A stretch of 64,000 nt of DNA from Octopus sinensis (Eukaryota): contig NC_043001.1 of the NCBI RefSeq assembly GCF_006345805.1, forward strand, positions 56,234,001 through 56,298,000, given 5' to 3'. The position numbers and the translations under genes were made by a program. The notes below the pieces were generated by a model. That model worked only from the letters and a program-made list of their open reading frames with translations, searched no databases and was not told the origin of the DNA. Below are positions 41,568-56,169 of this stretch, piece after piece; within the stretch, counting starts at the first letter, position 1; every line of letters starts with the position of its first letter.

Positions 41568-41732
41568 TTTATAAAAATAGGGTAAAGTAAAATAATTTAC
41601 TTTACCACATACCGAGCTCATACCACAGCTTTACGACATACCACATAAAGCTCATACCGAGCTTTACCACATACCACATAAAGCTAGGTATGTGGTAAAG
41701 TAAATTATTTTACTTTACCCTATTTTTATAAA
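41568..41732. repeat. Perfect 46-bp inverted repeat with a scrambled 73-bp spacer
   Basis: TTTATAAAAATAGGGTAAAGTAAAATAATTTACTTTACCACATACC (41568-41613) and its exact reverse complement (41687-41732). Confidence 0.92.
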
Positions 41733-41854
41733 GTAATATTTCAAATATACCGTAAATGGTCGTTTTACATACCGAACACTGCTCGGTCGAATTAATTAAT
41801 AATTAATTAATTTTACCCTTTTTTATTGACTAAATATATATACAGATATACATG

Positions 41855-41890
<36 letters not shown>

Positions 41891-42435
41891 AGACATATAC
41901 GCATACATAATATGTACATACATGTATATATATTTATAAATGTATGTATAGATGTTTGTATGCATGTACGTATATACGTATCTACGTATGTATGTACGTA
42001 TTTACGTATGTATGCATGCGTTTGGCTGAGTGATTAGAGTGGTGCACTCATGATCTTAACATTGAGCTTTTGAATCCTTGATTGGGCGATACGTTGTGTT
42101 CTTGAAGAATGCACTTCATTTCACGTGCTTGTAGTCCACTCTCCTTGCAAAAATAGGTTATCCTGTGACGCACCTGTCAGTGGTGGGAAAATATATACGC
42201 CGCAGAATCCGGGAAACCGGTATTATAATCCCTTTTAATTCACACGCACATACATGTACACACACTCACGCGCACGCACATATACACCTACGCATACACA
42301 CACATATTCGTATGCATCTATGCTTGAACGTAATTGTATTACTTTTATAATTACTGTATCACTAGTGTGGCTTCTATGTTATTGTATGTATATAAATATA
42401 GATTATTGTTATGTGAAGAATTATTAAATCTTGGG

Positions 42436-42655
42436 AAGGTGGAGAGCTAGCTGAATCATTACCGCACCGGCAAAAAATGCTTAGCAGTATTTCTTCCGAC
42501 TTTACGTCCTGAGTTCAATTGTCGTCGGGATCAACTTTTCCGTTCATCCTTTTGGAGCTGATAGAATAAGTACCAGTTGAACACTGGGGGTCAGTCTGAT
42601 CGACTTACCTCTCTCCCCAGAATTCCTGGCCTTGTGTCAAAAATCTGAGACCATT
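42436..42655 (+). mobile_element. SINE family B
   Basis: AAGGTGGAGAGCTAGCTGAATC...GAGTTCAATT...CATCCTTTTGG...AATAAGTACCAGTTG. Confidence 0.75.
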
Positions 42656-44141
42656 ATTACCTCTTGAGCTACAATGTAGTTTGCATTTTATTTACATTTT
42701 ATTTGCACAAACACAGAAAAAATAATTTGAACTGAAATGGCTTGAAATTTCTTCGCGATGATTCAGTCTTGAGACATTGTGTAGTATCTTCTCTCTGATC
42801 AGTATCTCCTCTTGCGAGATACATTTAGCTCTTTACATATGAGATTTTAAGATATATCATTCATCTCAAAATCCATTGGGTTACTGAAGTGTTAGTGGAC
42901 TCATTCCTTCTTCTTCGCTACATTCTTGAAAGATAACAACTCAAGTCTGAAAATCAACAAAACACCCATAACTCATACAATTTTCCTGGATAGAATGGTA
43001 AACCACACCCTCTTGTGATATCAGTTGAAATCAAATGGACTGGGTCAATGAATATTATTTTTCGCCATAGACAACGAAGCATCTTAAACCAAGAGTCGGA
43101 TTTCCTATCAACTAGGTCATCCACAAGTCTGAGACAGTGTGTAAATTTTCTTCAAATATTTGCAAGATGTCAAGTTGGCAGTAATATCAGTTAAGAATTA
43201 TTAGTAAATCTACAGAAATAAAACCTCGTTTAAGACATTAATCTACATCAGCTTATGCTGGATTTGAAACAAGAACTGAAAGCTATCACAAACAATCGTA
43301 AATTTTACAGTTTAGACTAACGCCATAACACTGAGCTGTCGTCTTCCCACAGTCAATCAATTTGATGAGGTGAAGCCAGTAGTTTTAATGGCCGCTGTAC
43401 TGTTTCTCTGTACACCAGTAACACGTAACGCTTTCTACTGACGACGAAGTAGTAACAATGAAGGAAAGCTGTACTCTTATCATGAATATCGGTGATTAAT
43501 CATTTAGAAAGCAATGCTTCTTTGAAGACTCTAACTTTGTCCTAACATGTTTGGATATATCAAGAAAGATCTACATCAGTGAGAAATAATGGGAAAATCA
43601 GATTGATAGCTATGCGGTGTAGTTGGCATGGAATAGCTTTTTCTCTGCAGAAATGGTAGAAACCCCTCCACCAACAAACAAACAAACAAACATTAAAACG
43701 ACATAAAACAATGAAAAAGAAGAAAGCAAAATATAGAAGGCAACTAACTAAAGCAAAAAAGACAAAACACAAAAAGACAAAATCAAACACAACAATGCAA
43801 GAAAGGAACCAAAAGAAAGATTTAAAGATGGTGGAAAGAAATAACAGAAGTAGTTAAAAAGAACATAGAAATGAAATAAAAGAAAAAAGAAAAATACAAG
43901 AATTACCATCTTGCCACTGATGACGATGATGATGAAGATGATGATGATGACGATGACGGTGATAATAATAATACACAAACTGTAAAATAATATATCGTGT
44001 TAAGAATGAAGCTTTAGTTTCTGTGGGATCAGCAAGCTGAAAAAATGTCAACGTAAAACTCCAGAAAGAAGAGATACGGGCACACACACTCACACACACA
44101 CACACACACACACATACGCTCACATACGTGTATGTAAGGGA

Positions 44142-44197
<56 letters not shown>

Positions 44198-47100
44198 TTA
44201 TTTGTATTCGCAGCTATGCTATTTTGACAAAAACTTAAAGAGTTTTGCTTTACCTTAAATGTTATTTGTCAAAATATGGAGTAACCAAAGCAAATAAATA
44301 AATAAGGGAATCCATAGATAAATGAATACATTCAGCGAGAAATTGTGATGTATTGCTGTGTTAGAACGATTAAATGTTTGTGCTGATGTATTAGATGTGT
44401 ATCGGTGCAAACATGGCCGAATTGTTTCGAAGTTTGCTTCAAAGTCAAGACTTTTTTTGTTCGAACCCCCTTGTCAACCGACTTAGCTGAAATCAACCGG
44501 GCGTAAATGTCGAAGTGAGTAAATGAAAACTACTTGGAAGATGGTCAAATAGTTCGAACCCGTAACTTTTTAAACAACATTGATTGATTTTTACCCTGGT
44601 CGGTAGCGCTTCTTTCGCTACTTTGAAAGGTCATAATTGAGCCTTCCCTTTGAAAGCAATGCTATTGTGGTCACAGGGCGTTTAGATGGCTTCAACCTTT
44701 TCATTGAAATATAATATTTAAATCAGGTACAGTATTTATATTTTTAAAAAATAGCACTGAAAATCCTTTGTCAGTAATAGAATATGTGTAGCAATTTGTT
44801 TTCAGTTAGTTGAAACACGTTTAACGCTTCGCCAAGGTCTAACGGAATTTCCTCATATAATTTGTCGCCTTCTTTGGTAATTTCCATATAAATTCAACTC
44901 GCTGGCATTAATCCACGTATACATAAAAAAGAGAGAATAAAATGTAGTAAGTACTAGCAGGAAATATGAATAATAAGGCATTAGGCAAAATTAGCTTCTC
45001 TTTGATTACAATAATGTGCTTCAGGTTCTTGCAAGACGTAGTGAAGGGGCGTTTGTAAAACGTTATTCAGTGAAAGGGAGTGGTGAACTGAAAAAGGTTG
45101 AATACTGTAGGTCTAGACTCTAGACTCTAGAGTAATGAGCTACACCTCTGGACGTTTCAAGCTATGTGAGACTGCTGAGATCCAATGTTTAACGCAGTTG
45201 TTATGGGAAAAACAAAAATATGTAAGGAGGAAATTCCAAACTACTGCCACCGGTTTCGCTATTCTAAGGTTTCACTATTCTATTGAAGATTGTCTTGTTT
45301 TCGAATGTGTATGTCGTGAAACTTGAGTATATCCTGAAGTTGTACTGGTATGTTGTGGTATTGTTTGAGTTAAGTATATTCTATCTCTGATATATGTTTT
45401 CATATTTGCAGATTAAAACATTCATCACTTTTTTGATGGTACAAACCTCTGACATGCAAGCAAAATATATGGTTGTGCGGTATTTAATTACACACAGGAT
45501 ATCTATAGTGTCTCATCCACATTCAAGACAAAGTACTGTGCCCTCGTTCTTAGAATGTTAAAAAGCACAAGTATCTATGGCAGTGCTTCTCAAGCATTTT
45601 AGTATTAAGGACCACTTCAAATAAATTTCATGTCTGAGGTAAACTAGTGAATATATTTGTTATTCTTTTTTCTTTCATAACAGATTAACCAAATCATAAA
45701 ACGATCTTTGAAGAGGCTGACAGTACTAAATCTAATACGTGCAACACAAAGAGCTTTAAAAAATTCGCTGTCTTAATTAAGACCATGTTTAAACTAAACA
45801 AATTCTTCTACAGTTCCGTTTTATGTGTTCCTTTTCATGCGTTTCACTACATACAGATGTCAGGTTTTCCTGTCTACAAGGAATGAGTTTTATCTTTAAA
45901 CTAAAATTACAAATCAAGAAAAGTAACTGAAAAATCTAATTGGAAATAGTCTATTTGTTAGTTTATCGCGTGGAATCCTGTGAAACCCTACTTAGGAAAT
46001 TCTAGTTTAAACATTACTCAGTTTATTAAACTATAAGACAAGTACAGCACAACTCTCCAGATAGTCCGGACCTCTTATAATCCGCACTAAATGACACTAA
46101 TGTACCAGTACCTGCATTTCATTTTATTATTTAAGTAAATTTAAAGTTTGTTCAATTTAGAGTATGTTGACCAATATGGCCATCTATATTTCGGAAAAGT
46201 CAGAATTCTGGAATGGCTTTGGGACCAAAGGTTCTGGAAAATCAATGCTGTATCTGCAGAAGTTGGAAAGTATTAATAATTCAGATGACCATCTTTGTTA
46301 CAAGCAGCAACAGGCTGAGTATACCTGAAAATTAAGTTAACAGTACGAGTTTCATCGAGCAAATGGGATACTAATTTGTCGAAGCCATATCTGTTTTGCA
46401 TTATTATTTGTGTTGGTTGCGCAAATTCTTGTATCAGAAAGAGGAAACATGTATATTATTATGTAGTGGAACTGCGAAATAGATATATTGTTATATTAAA
46501 AAATATCAACATTTTAATATATGATAGAATAGTGAAATATGTCTATAGTTATGTTAGAGCTATAAAATTTGTTCATTGTTGCGTTACAACTGCGAGGCGT
46601 ACGTTTTATTGTATTACAACTGTTAAATATATAGAATATATATTACTGTATTAATGTTATCTATGGAAAATATGTTACAGCGGAATATGAGCAACTGTTC
46701 TGAAAGAATTCTCTGCTATATATTGCAATATTTCAACATTGAGTATGTGTATTTTGGTGCAGAATATGTTTTCCTTGACTACAAAATTAAATATATTTAT
46801 TGCTTTGTTGGAACTATAAAAGATGTTCTTTAATTTAAAATATATTTCGGAAATATGTATATTCTTAACAAGAATGGGAAATGTATATTACATCTGCATA
46901 ATATGTTTATTGTTGGAAAACAGTAGATAAATATATGTATTGTTGCGTATAATAGTGAAACATATGCATCATTGTGTTTAGAAATGTAAAATATGTAGTT
47001 TACTGTATCAAAATTGCGATATTTGTGTACTGTTATAATGCCACAGTGAACTAGGGGGTGGTTATGTTCCTCTTTATTCCTCGCGCTTTCAGCAAGACAG

Positions 47101-48759
47101 CTGTGACGTCCTAGTAATTTATTTGTCATGGGTGTATCTCCCGAATGACAATTCGTTGTGTTATTTCCCGGTTTCGAAGCCAAGACCTCACAATTTGTAA
47201 TTTAATGGTCATGAATGATTATGGGAATAATACTTTACATAAAATTAAAATCTAGGTGTAGTGAAAAATTTTGAATCAGTCATTCATCACTCTCCTCATA
47301 TCCTACGGATTTCTTTAAAGACACAGAAATTTCATTTGGTAACAGACAGTTTTCTCTACCCCAAGTATGAAATTACTGTAAAGAGTACGGACATAGTGTT
47401 CCTTTCTGTATTTTACTGGCAATAAGCTTCTAACGTTGTATATTTCATGAGTGTTAGTGGCTGTTGTAGCCCATTACAAGTTCATTATTTTCAAAAGGGG
47501 ATTCATTCAGGAGACCTTTGGAATATTGCAGTCATTACGCTGTAAAATAACCAAGCTAAGAGCTGTGCAATTATTGCGGTCTGACATCATTGCACCGCTT
47601 AACTAATAGTGGATTCTATTTTCAGAATACCCACATCCATAATTCCTGCTCATCTACAATTTGGTAGTAGGGAGGCATTACTTAATCTGTGTAATTTTAG
47701 TTGAGTTTTATTGTCATAATAACCTCTTTTTTGCTATCGATCATTAATAAACAATATTACTATATGTTGGTTTAACTTTATTCCATCATTTTGCTACTGG
47801 TTAACGTAATTACTACTGTTTGACATTCCTTGTGTGATAATGCCTATCAAAACTACATGCGTCTTCCTCTTCACCGAATTTGAAGACTTCGTTGTTCGCT
47901 TCAAATGCAACAAGTCGATTAGTTCTAGCATTCTCTTTTCAACCTGGAACGCTGCACCTTAGAACTATCTCATGTCTTTGTCTAAATTTAACCTTTTTCC
48001 TTCTAAAGGATCTATTCCAAACTGTGTAGCGAAAACAAGTTGTAGGTAAGTCTGGGATATATGTTTGTTGGGAGAAATGAAGAGAGGAACAGTGACATCA
48101 ATTGAAGTCAGACATTGCTTTGATAGCTATAAAAAAGCCGAACGGGAAAACAATGTATCTTTGAGCTAGAGAGGTTGAGGCACACGAGTGAGTGAATCTA
48201 TGACAAAACAATCGATAAACAAAAAGACATCTTGAAGATCAATAAATATCTATGGTAAGTCACTTATAAAAGCTGAACAGTTCGTCGGATGTTTGCTTGC
48301 GTAGTAGCAGCATCAATAGTAATAACTTCAGCATCAGCACTGTTCCAGACAGCTAGTGGGTCTTACTAGAGTTTTGTAATATGGTCAGCAATAATCACAG
48401 TTGAAGATTTTTCTGACACTAGTCATTGAGACGCAATTTTAGACATCTCGTATATGTAAGGGCACTATAGAAAAGAATCAGAAATTGTGTTAAGCAGTAC
48501 ATTATTGATACCATTGAAAGAGCGTCTGAGTGGTAGCTATGCAAGCTAGAAATAGCTGCCAGAATGTTAACAACACTCTGCTATCTTAAACAAAGACACC
48601 CTCGTATGCTGTCTTTCAAAATAAGATGCAGCTGTCATGACTAGGATGCCCTTGATCATAAAATGTAAAAATGTAGCATTTATAGAGAGATTGGAGGCTT
48701 TAGTTACATAATGTTCATACAAAACAACGATTGTTACAGAGATATTCTTTTAATTTTCT

Positions 48760-49122
48760 TTCCTTGTTTCAGTCATTTGACTGTGGCCATGCTGGGGCGC
48801 CACTTTGAAGGGTTTTAGTCGAACAAACGGATCATAGGACTTATTTCTCATAAGTCTGGTACTTATTCAACGGGTATCTTTACCGAGACGCAAAGTTAAG
48901 GAGACATAAACACACCAATACCGGTTCGTCAAGCGGTGTTGGGGGCAAACATAGACACAAAGACACACACATATACGTACATACATACCGTTTCCGTCTA
49001 CCAAATCCATTCACAAGGCTTTGGTCGGGCTGAGATTATAGTAGGAAACACTTGTCCAAGGTGCCACGCAGTGGGACTGAACCTGGTCCCATGTGGCTGA
49101 GAAGCAAGTTTCTTATTACACT
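48760..49122 (-). mobile_element. SINE family A
   Basis: TTGTTTCAGTCATTTGACTGTGGCCATGCTGGGGC...GCAGTGGGACTGAACC. Confidence 0.85.
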
Positions 49123-49289
49123 GTGTATGGTATTAAAAGATTAGCTGGGGATGTTACCACTGAACGCCATTGGTCTCTGGTTATAGAGACAGTACAAGTT
49201 TTGTTGTGAATACGTTGCATGTGGATGACACTTAATGGCCAACAAGTGAGAAATGTGACCCTATCAACTGCATAGATGTGTGTGTGTGT

Positions 49290-49344
<55 letters not shown>

Positions 49345-49664
49345 CTGTTAGATGTGGCAACGGCTAGAAATATTAACGTACAGAGGAGTGTGTGGGAAAG
49401 ATAATCAGTTATTGGGGTACTGGGAAAATTTAATAGAATGTCTGTGAGAGGGAGAAATAGGAGTGCGGTTCTGATAAACAAGTGAAACAATAATGCTCTC
49501 CAGAAATTTCTCAAGTGAAAGAAAATACTTGTGAGCGGCAATGGAGAGTAAACGTTATGAAAGTGATGCTGAGTTAAAGCGAGGGAGAGAGAGAGAGGGC
49601 GAGTAATATATACATATGTGTATGTATGTATGTATGTATGTATGTATGTATGTATGTATGTATG

Positions 49665-49711
<47 letters not shown>

Positions 49712-49866
49712 ATATAAATATATGTATATATATATATTTTTTCTTACGGTGTATTATTACCAATTATACATATACATGTGTATGTGTGTAGTGAAAGTGA
49801 AAGAGAAAAGGAGGGAGAGAAGGGGAGAGAATGGGAGAGAGGGAAGAGAGAAAGAGGGGGTGAACG

Positions 49867-49917
<51 letters not shown>

Positions 49918-51446
49918 CTGATTAGGATAATAGCTTGCCTTGAAACTTACTGTTTGGGGGCCATAAAATAGACGCCGTCTTATTCGTCGCCTTCATGCAC
50001 TGTATTCTATGGAAAGGGTATAATAAACATGGTCGAGTTTCAAAATCGATCATGCAATGTGGAGTATTAACTATGAGACGAAACGAGCTGTAAAGTTGGA
50101 TATTATCTTTTCGGCAAATGTGCGACCAATAGACCTATTTTGGGTAAAATCTGTTGGTTTTGTAGAGTTCTTGGCATGGGTCCAGTAGTCTCTGCTACAA
50201 TATGGAAGCCAAGCAATCCTTCAGAGTATGTGGCACATGAAGGTATCTCTGTATTTTTTTAACGATCGTTGTCTTGTACGGATTGTGATAGCCGGTAAAA
50301 GTGTTCCATTTGGTAAAGTGCTTGTAACATATGTGAAACAACGCTATTATGCTATGCAATCACACACCAGGAAACGTATCGAAAAGTAGACTACCGACTT
50401 AATGTCATTCCATGCTATGGAAAATGCTATCTCCCGTTGAACAAAACAAATGCACGCTGGTCATCAACCGAATAAATCTCATCAGTTAGGAAGATCTTGC
50501 AAAGGTCATAATAATTTCCTTCCTGCTCTGATTAGCTGATTAATACAATACTATTAGGAACGTGAAATGTGTGTATTATTTTGCTAGAATAATATAATAT
50601 GCATGTACAGAGGAGTTAAGATGTTAAACATGGCTATATTTCTTTGTGTTTTACACTGTGCAATATGTATTTTGTTACTCTAAACCCAGCAAAATATCGC
50701 TGTAAATCTATATTAAAACTGATATATTTATAGTTTTTCATTTTGGAATAGGAAATGATACAATGTAGGAAAAGATATATATATATTTTTTATACGTTAT
50801 ATTTATCACCATATTATCATATTATTACCAGAGAAATTATATAACTCAGGAAATTCTCAGTAGAAGATTTGGTCTCAAATCACATTTACAGAAGTATAGA
50901 GAACATAGAGAAATACTTGTAATAGGCTATGGAGAAATTTACAAATTACTTGCACTGGCCTGCCATCAAGATTTGGTAATAACGGTTCAGTGTGAATAAG
51001 AGAGCATTTCCCATTTTCATCACCAAGTGGATTGTTCGAAATAAATCTGTGTGCAAATCCGTTAAATAACCTAAGATAAGACATTAGGGTGGGATGCTAG
51101 TGAAATGGAAAGGAGGGTAAATGCAATGATATTTGCTGGCTTGACACATCCACACATAACACCTCATGTTTCCATGATGCCATATGAATGATCTAGAGAA
51201 CAATGACAAATAATCAACGAATGCGGACGACTAATATGATGACAAGAAACTTAGAAGCGTAGGGACCATGTAGCAACGAGATCTGCAATATGAAGAAGTG
51301 TTTGTTTTGATAAACTAAAGTAGATTCGCAAAGATAGCAGATTTTATTAAAAAGCATCTTACCGTGAAATCACCAAGTTAAAACCCAGGGAAAACATCAA
51401 AGTGTTCCGCAGACGTCTTGGCATGGAGAAGCTATCAGGGTAAGTA

Positions 51447-51477
<31 letters not shown>

Positions 51478-51689
51478 TGTATGTATGTATGTATGTATGT
51501 ATGTATGTACGTACGTATATACGCGTGTATTTATATGTATGTATGGATGTATGTGTGTGTATCTATGTGTGTATGTATGTAAGCGTGTGTGCTTATATGC
51601 ATTTAACTATATAAGCGTGTGTATGTTTTTATGTATGTATGCTTGTTTATATGTGCATGTATGCATGTAAGCGTGTGTATCTATTTAAG

Positions 51690-51720
<31 letters not shown>

Positions 51721-52859
51721 ATGCGTGTTTATATAGGCATATGTTGCTTGTATGTATGTGTGTGTGTGCACACGTATGTGTGAATGTATGTATATATTAT
51801 GAGTCTGTACGAAGGTTAAAATTCGGGTAAACTCCCGCACACATGTTTCTGAATGCATGTATGTATGAATGTGCAACTCAGTGAGCGCGCGTGTGTATCT
51901 CTGTGTCAGTCTGTCTGTACGTGAGTATGCGTGTATGGAAGCCTTTTGAAATCTTTTACTGATTACTTTCACAATTATCTAATTGTTGATCAACAAGCAT
52001 TCATGAAAAGTCGTTTATGAAAGTTGAAAAGTTCATCAGATTTGTCAAACTTCCTCCCCTTCTCCTTCTCCTCATCCACCTCCTCCATCTCCTTACCTTC
52101 CCTCTGTTCCTCCATTTCCTTATTACCAACATTGTCAATGTCATCGCACCATCACAATTATCATCAATGTTGTCATCATACTCAACATGATAATTCTCCC
52201 CCTTTATCTTCCTCCTCCTCCTGCCCTTGTTCCTTTTTTTCCTCTTCAATCTTCTTGGTGAATTGGTAGAATCGTTTGTGTTGTGGACAAAAGGCCACGT
52301 GGTATCCCTTTTCAGTTCTATGTATCTGAGTTCTAATCCCATCGAGGTCAAATTAGACTTTCACACATACAGGGTTGAAAAATAAAGTACTAGTGAAGCA
52401 CTAGGGCGGATTAATTGCCGATTACCCCACCCATCAAAATGTTGGCTTTATGCCTTACCGAGAAACCATTGTTATTATTATTTGATGAAAATTCACTGCT
52501 TATTTTGCTGAGTATGATGGAATGTGTCCACAGCCAGTAGACTAAGGTGACACTTGTTTACTGGTCATGGTTAAAAAACCTTGCGAAGAATTCTTGCAGT
52601 TCCAATCAATGATGATTTTTGTAGGCGTTCTATCTTTACATTTGTACCAATCGTTTTAGTTGCTGAGTGCTGATACTTCCAAGTACACCAATTACTATTG
52701 GTACCACGTCTACTCTCCTCATATTTATTTATCTATTTTATCATTTCATTATATGTAAAAACCCATACTTTGTGTCTGTCTTTGAATTGCTCCCCTCGTC
52801 CTTAGCTCCGGTGGAAAATAAATGAAATTATTGTTATTATCATTCTGCACTCATGCTAC

Positions 52860-53934
52860 GGCATCTCCAGCATTCACTGGACGGTGAGCAGGTGTGGTCG
52901 CCGTGTGTCAAACACGCTCTTCCACAGTTCCTCTTTTTGACTGAGCTGCAATCCTGGATTTAGCGTAGACCGAGGAAGAGCGCTTGGCACTTCGAGTGCT
53001 GTCAAGCGCTCACAGCCCTCGGCCAGGCGGGCGATGCAATCGGTTGTAGTTCCACTCTAGCGTTCTATAGAAGGTTAGTGGAGGAAAAGTTCTCGGGGAA
53101 ACTCTAGGCGTCGATGAGGATCAACTTACTGGTATGTTTCGGAGCACTTTCGGACCGGGGCCTATGGATAACTTCCAGAAATCCCTCGCCTGGTAGTGCT
53201 ACCGAGGGGCGCTGCCTATTCGAGATAAACTTTACAGGCACAGAAGTGGCATCAGTCGGGCCTGCCCGTGGTGCGCTCGGAGCGACGAAACCGTTCTGCA
53301 TGCACTCGTCCAGTGCCCGAGCATAGCTATCCTGTGAGTTTATGTCAAACAGCTGCTGTTGCGTGTAGGGCGGATTCGGTTACTAGCTGAATCCATAGTG
53401 AAAATTGCCCCGCCGGCCCCCTTTAACCGGGAGGGGAAGGCAATTTTCATTTATCTACTAGCTGTAGCAAAAGAAGTAGTATAGTGGACTCGTTTGAAAG
53501 TCACTTTCCTCTTTGACCAAACGCTTATCAACTTTTTCAAGTAACACTTGAAAAGAAAAGTGAGGGTGGAGAGTGAAGTGTTGTCTTCTAGCAAGTTTGC
53601 TGGAAGGTGGGTGAATGTCGGAAGAATAGCCTGTGTGAAAAGAACATATCCGCGCATACAGCTGTGAAAAAGGAAATTAAAGGAGAAGGGTTCTTGCCCC
53701 GTTAATCAGGTACCTGTAGCTTTGTAGGTTTTTCTACGAGTCGCATTAAAGCTCTCCCTGCCTACTTTTTATTTGTTTTGTCCTTGTCATTTTACTTACA
53801 CGTTTTAAAACCCTTTGTATCGTCCTGTCATATCCTTTAATATATCTTTATATTAGCCATTACGGCCAAAAAGAGAATTAATTATTATTATTATTATTAT
53901 TATTACTATTATTATTATTATTATTATTATTATT
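52860..53934 (+). mobile_element. 3' end of a Tx1/L1-clade LINE (ORF2 C-terminal CCHC zinc knuckle, 3' UTR, (ATT)n tail), disrupted
   Basis: From 53209: ALPIRDKLYRHRSGISRACPWCARSDETVLHALVQCP (Cx2C...H...C). Downstream: WTRLK...LINFFK*HLKRKVRVE...RWVNV. Then a T-rich UTR and an (ATT)n tail at ~53878-53934. Confidence 0.85.
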
Positions 53935-54140
53935 AAGGCGGCGAGCTGGCGGAGTCGTTAGCACGCTGTCCGAAATGCTTAGCGGCATTTCGTCCTTCCT
54001 TACGGTCTGAGTTCAAGTTTCGTCGAGGTCGATTTTGCCTTTCATCCTTCGGGGTCGATAAAATAACAAGTTGTGTACTGGGGTCGATGTAATCGACTAT
54101 TCCCCTCTCCCAAATTTCAGGCCATATGCCTATTGTAGAA
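53935..54140 (+). mobile_element. SINE family B
   Basis: AAGGCGGCGAGCTGGCGGAGTCGTTAGCACG...GAGTTCAAGTTTCGTCGAGGTCGA. Confidence 0.88.
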
Positions 54141-54144
54141 AGTA

Positions 54145-54149
<5 letters not shown>

Positions 54150-54206
<57 letters not shown>

Positions 54207-54400
54207 GTTATTGTTGTTGTTGTTGTTGTTGTTGTTATTATTATCATTATCATCATCATCATCATTATTATTGAGTGAGAGACCAGTACATGCCATCAAA
54301 GTGACACTGAGATAAAATATATGAAGTCCAGCATACCCATCATGACTACCCGTCTGATAAGGGTACACTAGGCACATGCATCACAACCATATGTGCACCA
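54150..54400 (-). mobile_element. Retroposon family C, 3' fragment with tail
   Basis: 54272-54400 matches 40683-40810. Confidence 0.7.
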
Positions 54401-55841
54401 CTGAAATTTAGCCCACGTAACAGGAACTGACAGGGATATCGTGGAACAGAGAAACAATGGGTGATACTGATAATTCGACATTATTTTTGAATTCTGCATG
54501 CAAAAACATATAAGATACAGGTATTCTTCTCCTTGGGGCAAATTCTTTGCTGACCAGTGTTATTCTTATCGTAGTTTACAAATCCAAGCATGAAAACGTT
54601 ACTCAACTTTAGAGTTTTGGAGACTGACGCCCCCTTGACACACACATGCACACGCTTGAATGCATAAATGTACATATAAATTTATATATGAATACATACA
54701 TGCACATGCACTTTTATATTAATGATGTACACAAATACATCATAGGTATACATAAAAACCGAAATACGCATAAAGTAAACACACGCATACAAATATATTA
54801 ATATAACAATTAATATAACATACAATCAATTAAGAGACAAAAGAAACAGTAATATGATACATGTTGATTTTATTAGTCATTTCTGTTTATTTAGAAACCT
54901 ACAATGAACAGGTCATGTCACAGACACTAAACCATAAATTTCACAGAGTACAAACTTAAAGTTGAAACCGGTCCGATAACCGCAGAAAATTTCTGTCATG
55001 GTTTTGACTATCTTTAAACCTCTGTAACTCTTTCCACCAATTTTTTTCTCATCAACATAATACCTTCATAGCAATGAGACTGGAAGTCTACATTATTATA
55101 GCCAATTTTCAGATTTTTTATTTCCTCTTAAAAACGCATTTTTACGAATCAAAAAAAAAAGAAAAATCAAAAAGCTATATCCCTATTTCTTTGGTAGTTG
55201 GTCCTGAGCGTCAATTTCGAGAATATTCCTGGTTTGATATGCAACAGATTGTTGAGGAGGTTGGTCCTGATTTAAAGACTTTTCGAGCTCAATGTGAGAA
55301 TTTAAGGTCACTGGTCAACGCTTTCTTCGAACGACACGGGTTCAAGGGGCTATTTCCATGGTTGGTATTCAGGGCCGTGCTATAAGCAAACAGGGTTAAC
55401 CAGTTGTCTGGTTCCTTGAGTAACATTCAGCGGTCGCAGGCATCATCATTTTCCGGGTGGATAGGATTTTATTTTGAGAAGTTTTAAATTAGTTCATGTC
55501 ATGACCTGCCGCTTGGAAGGTGTCAAATGACAGGCCGACAGAATTCATGTAGCATTGTAGAAAGAGGCAGATATTGAATTGACAGCCAAAGAGAGACAGA
55601 GAAGGGAGACAAAAGACAGAACCATCATGCATTCTCCGAGCTATTTCCAGTAGGATGGCGATGGCGTTGGCGGCGGTGGTGGTAGAAGGGGTAATGGAAT
55701 CGTATATGTTCTGTCAGCGTGATGTAAATGCTGTCGTATGTGTCTGTTTGTCTCCAGGCAAATCACTATTATCATTGTTATTATTATTAGTAGCAGTGGC
55801 AGCAGGGGCAGTAGCAGCAGCAGCAGCAGCAGTAGTAGTAA

Positions 55842-55898
<57 letters not shown>

Positions 55899-56089
55899 CA
55901 GTACTAGTAGTAGTCACAGGAGCAGCAACAGCAGCAGCAGTAGTAGTGCGATGAGGAAGCAAAAGAAGCGACACACCCTTGTGTTTACTACTGCAAGCAA
56001 CAAATGAGAGGGCTGGCCTTGGCCTTGGAAAGGGCCAACTAATCTTGTTCTGGTTTAATTGCGGATAGAAAATATGATAATACACACAC

Positions 56090-56149
<60 letters not shown>

Positions 56150-56169
56150 ATATTATATATATATAATAT

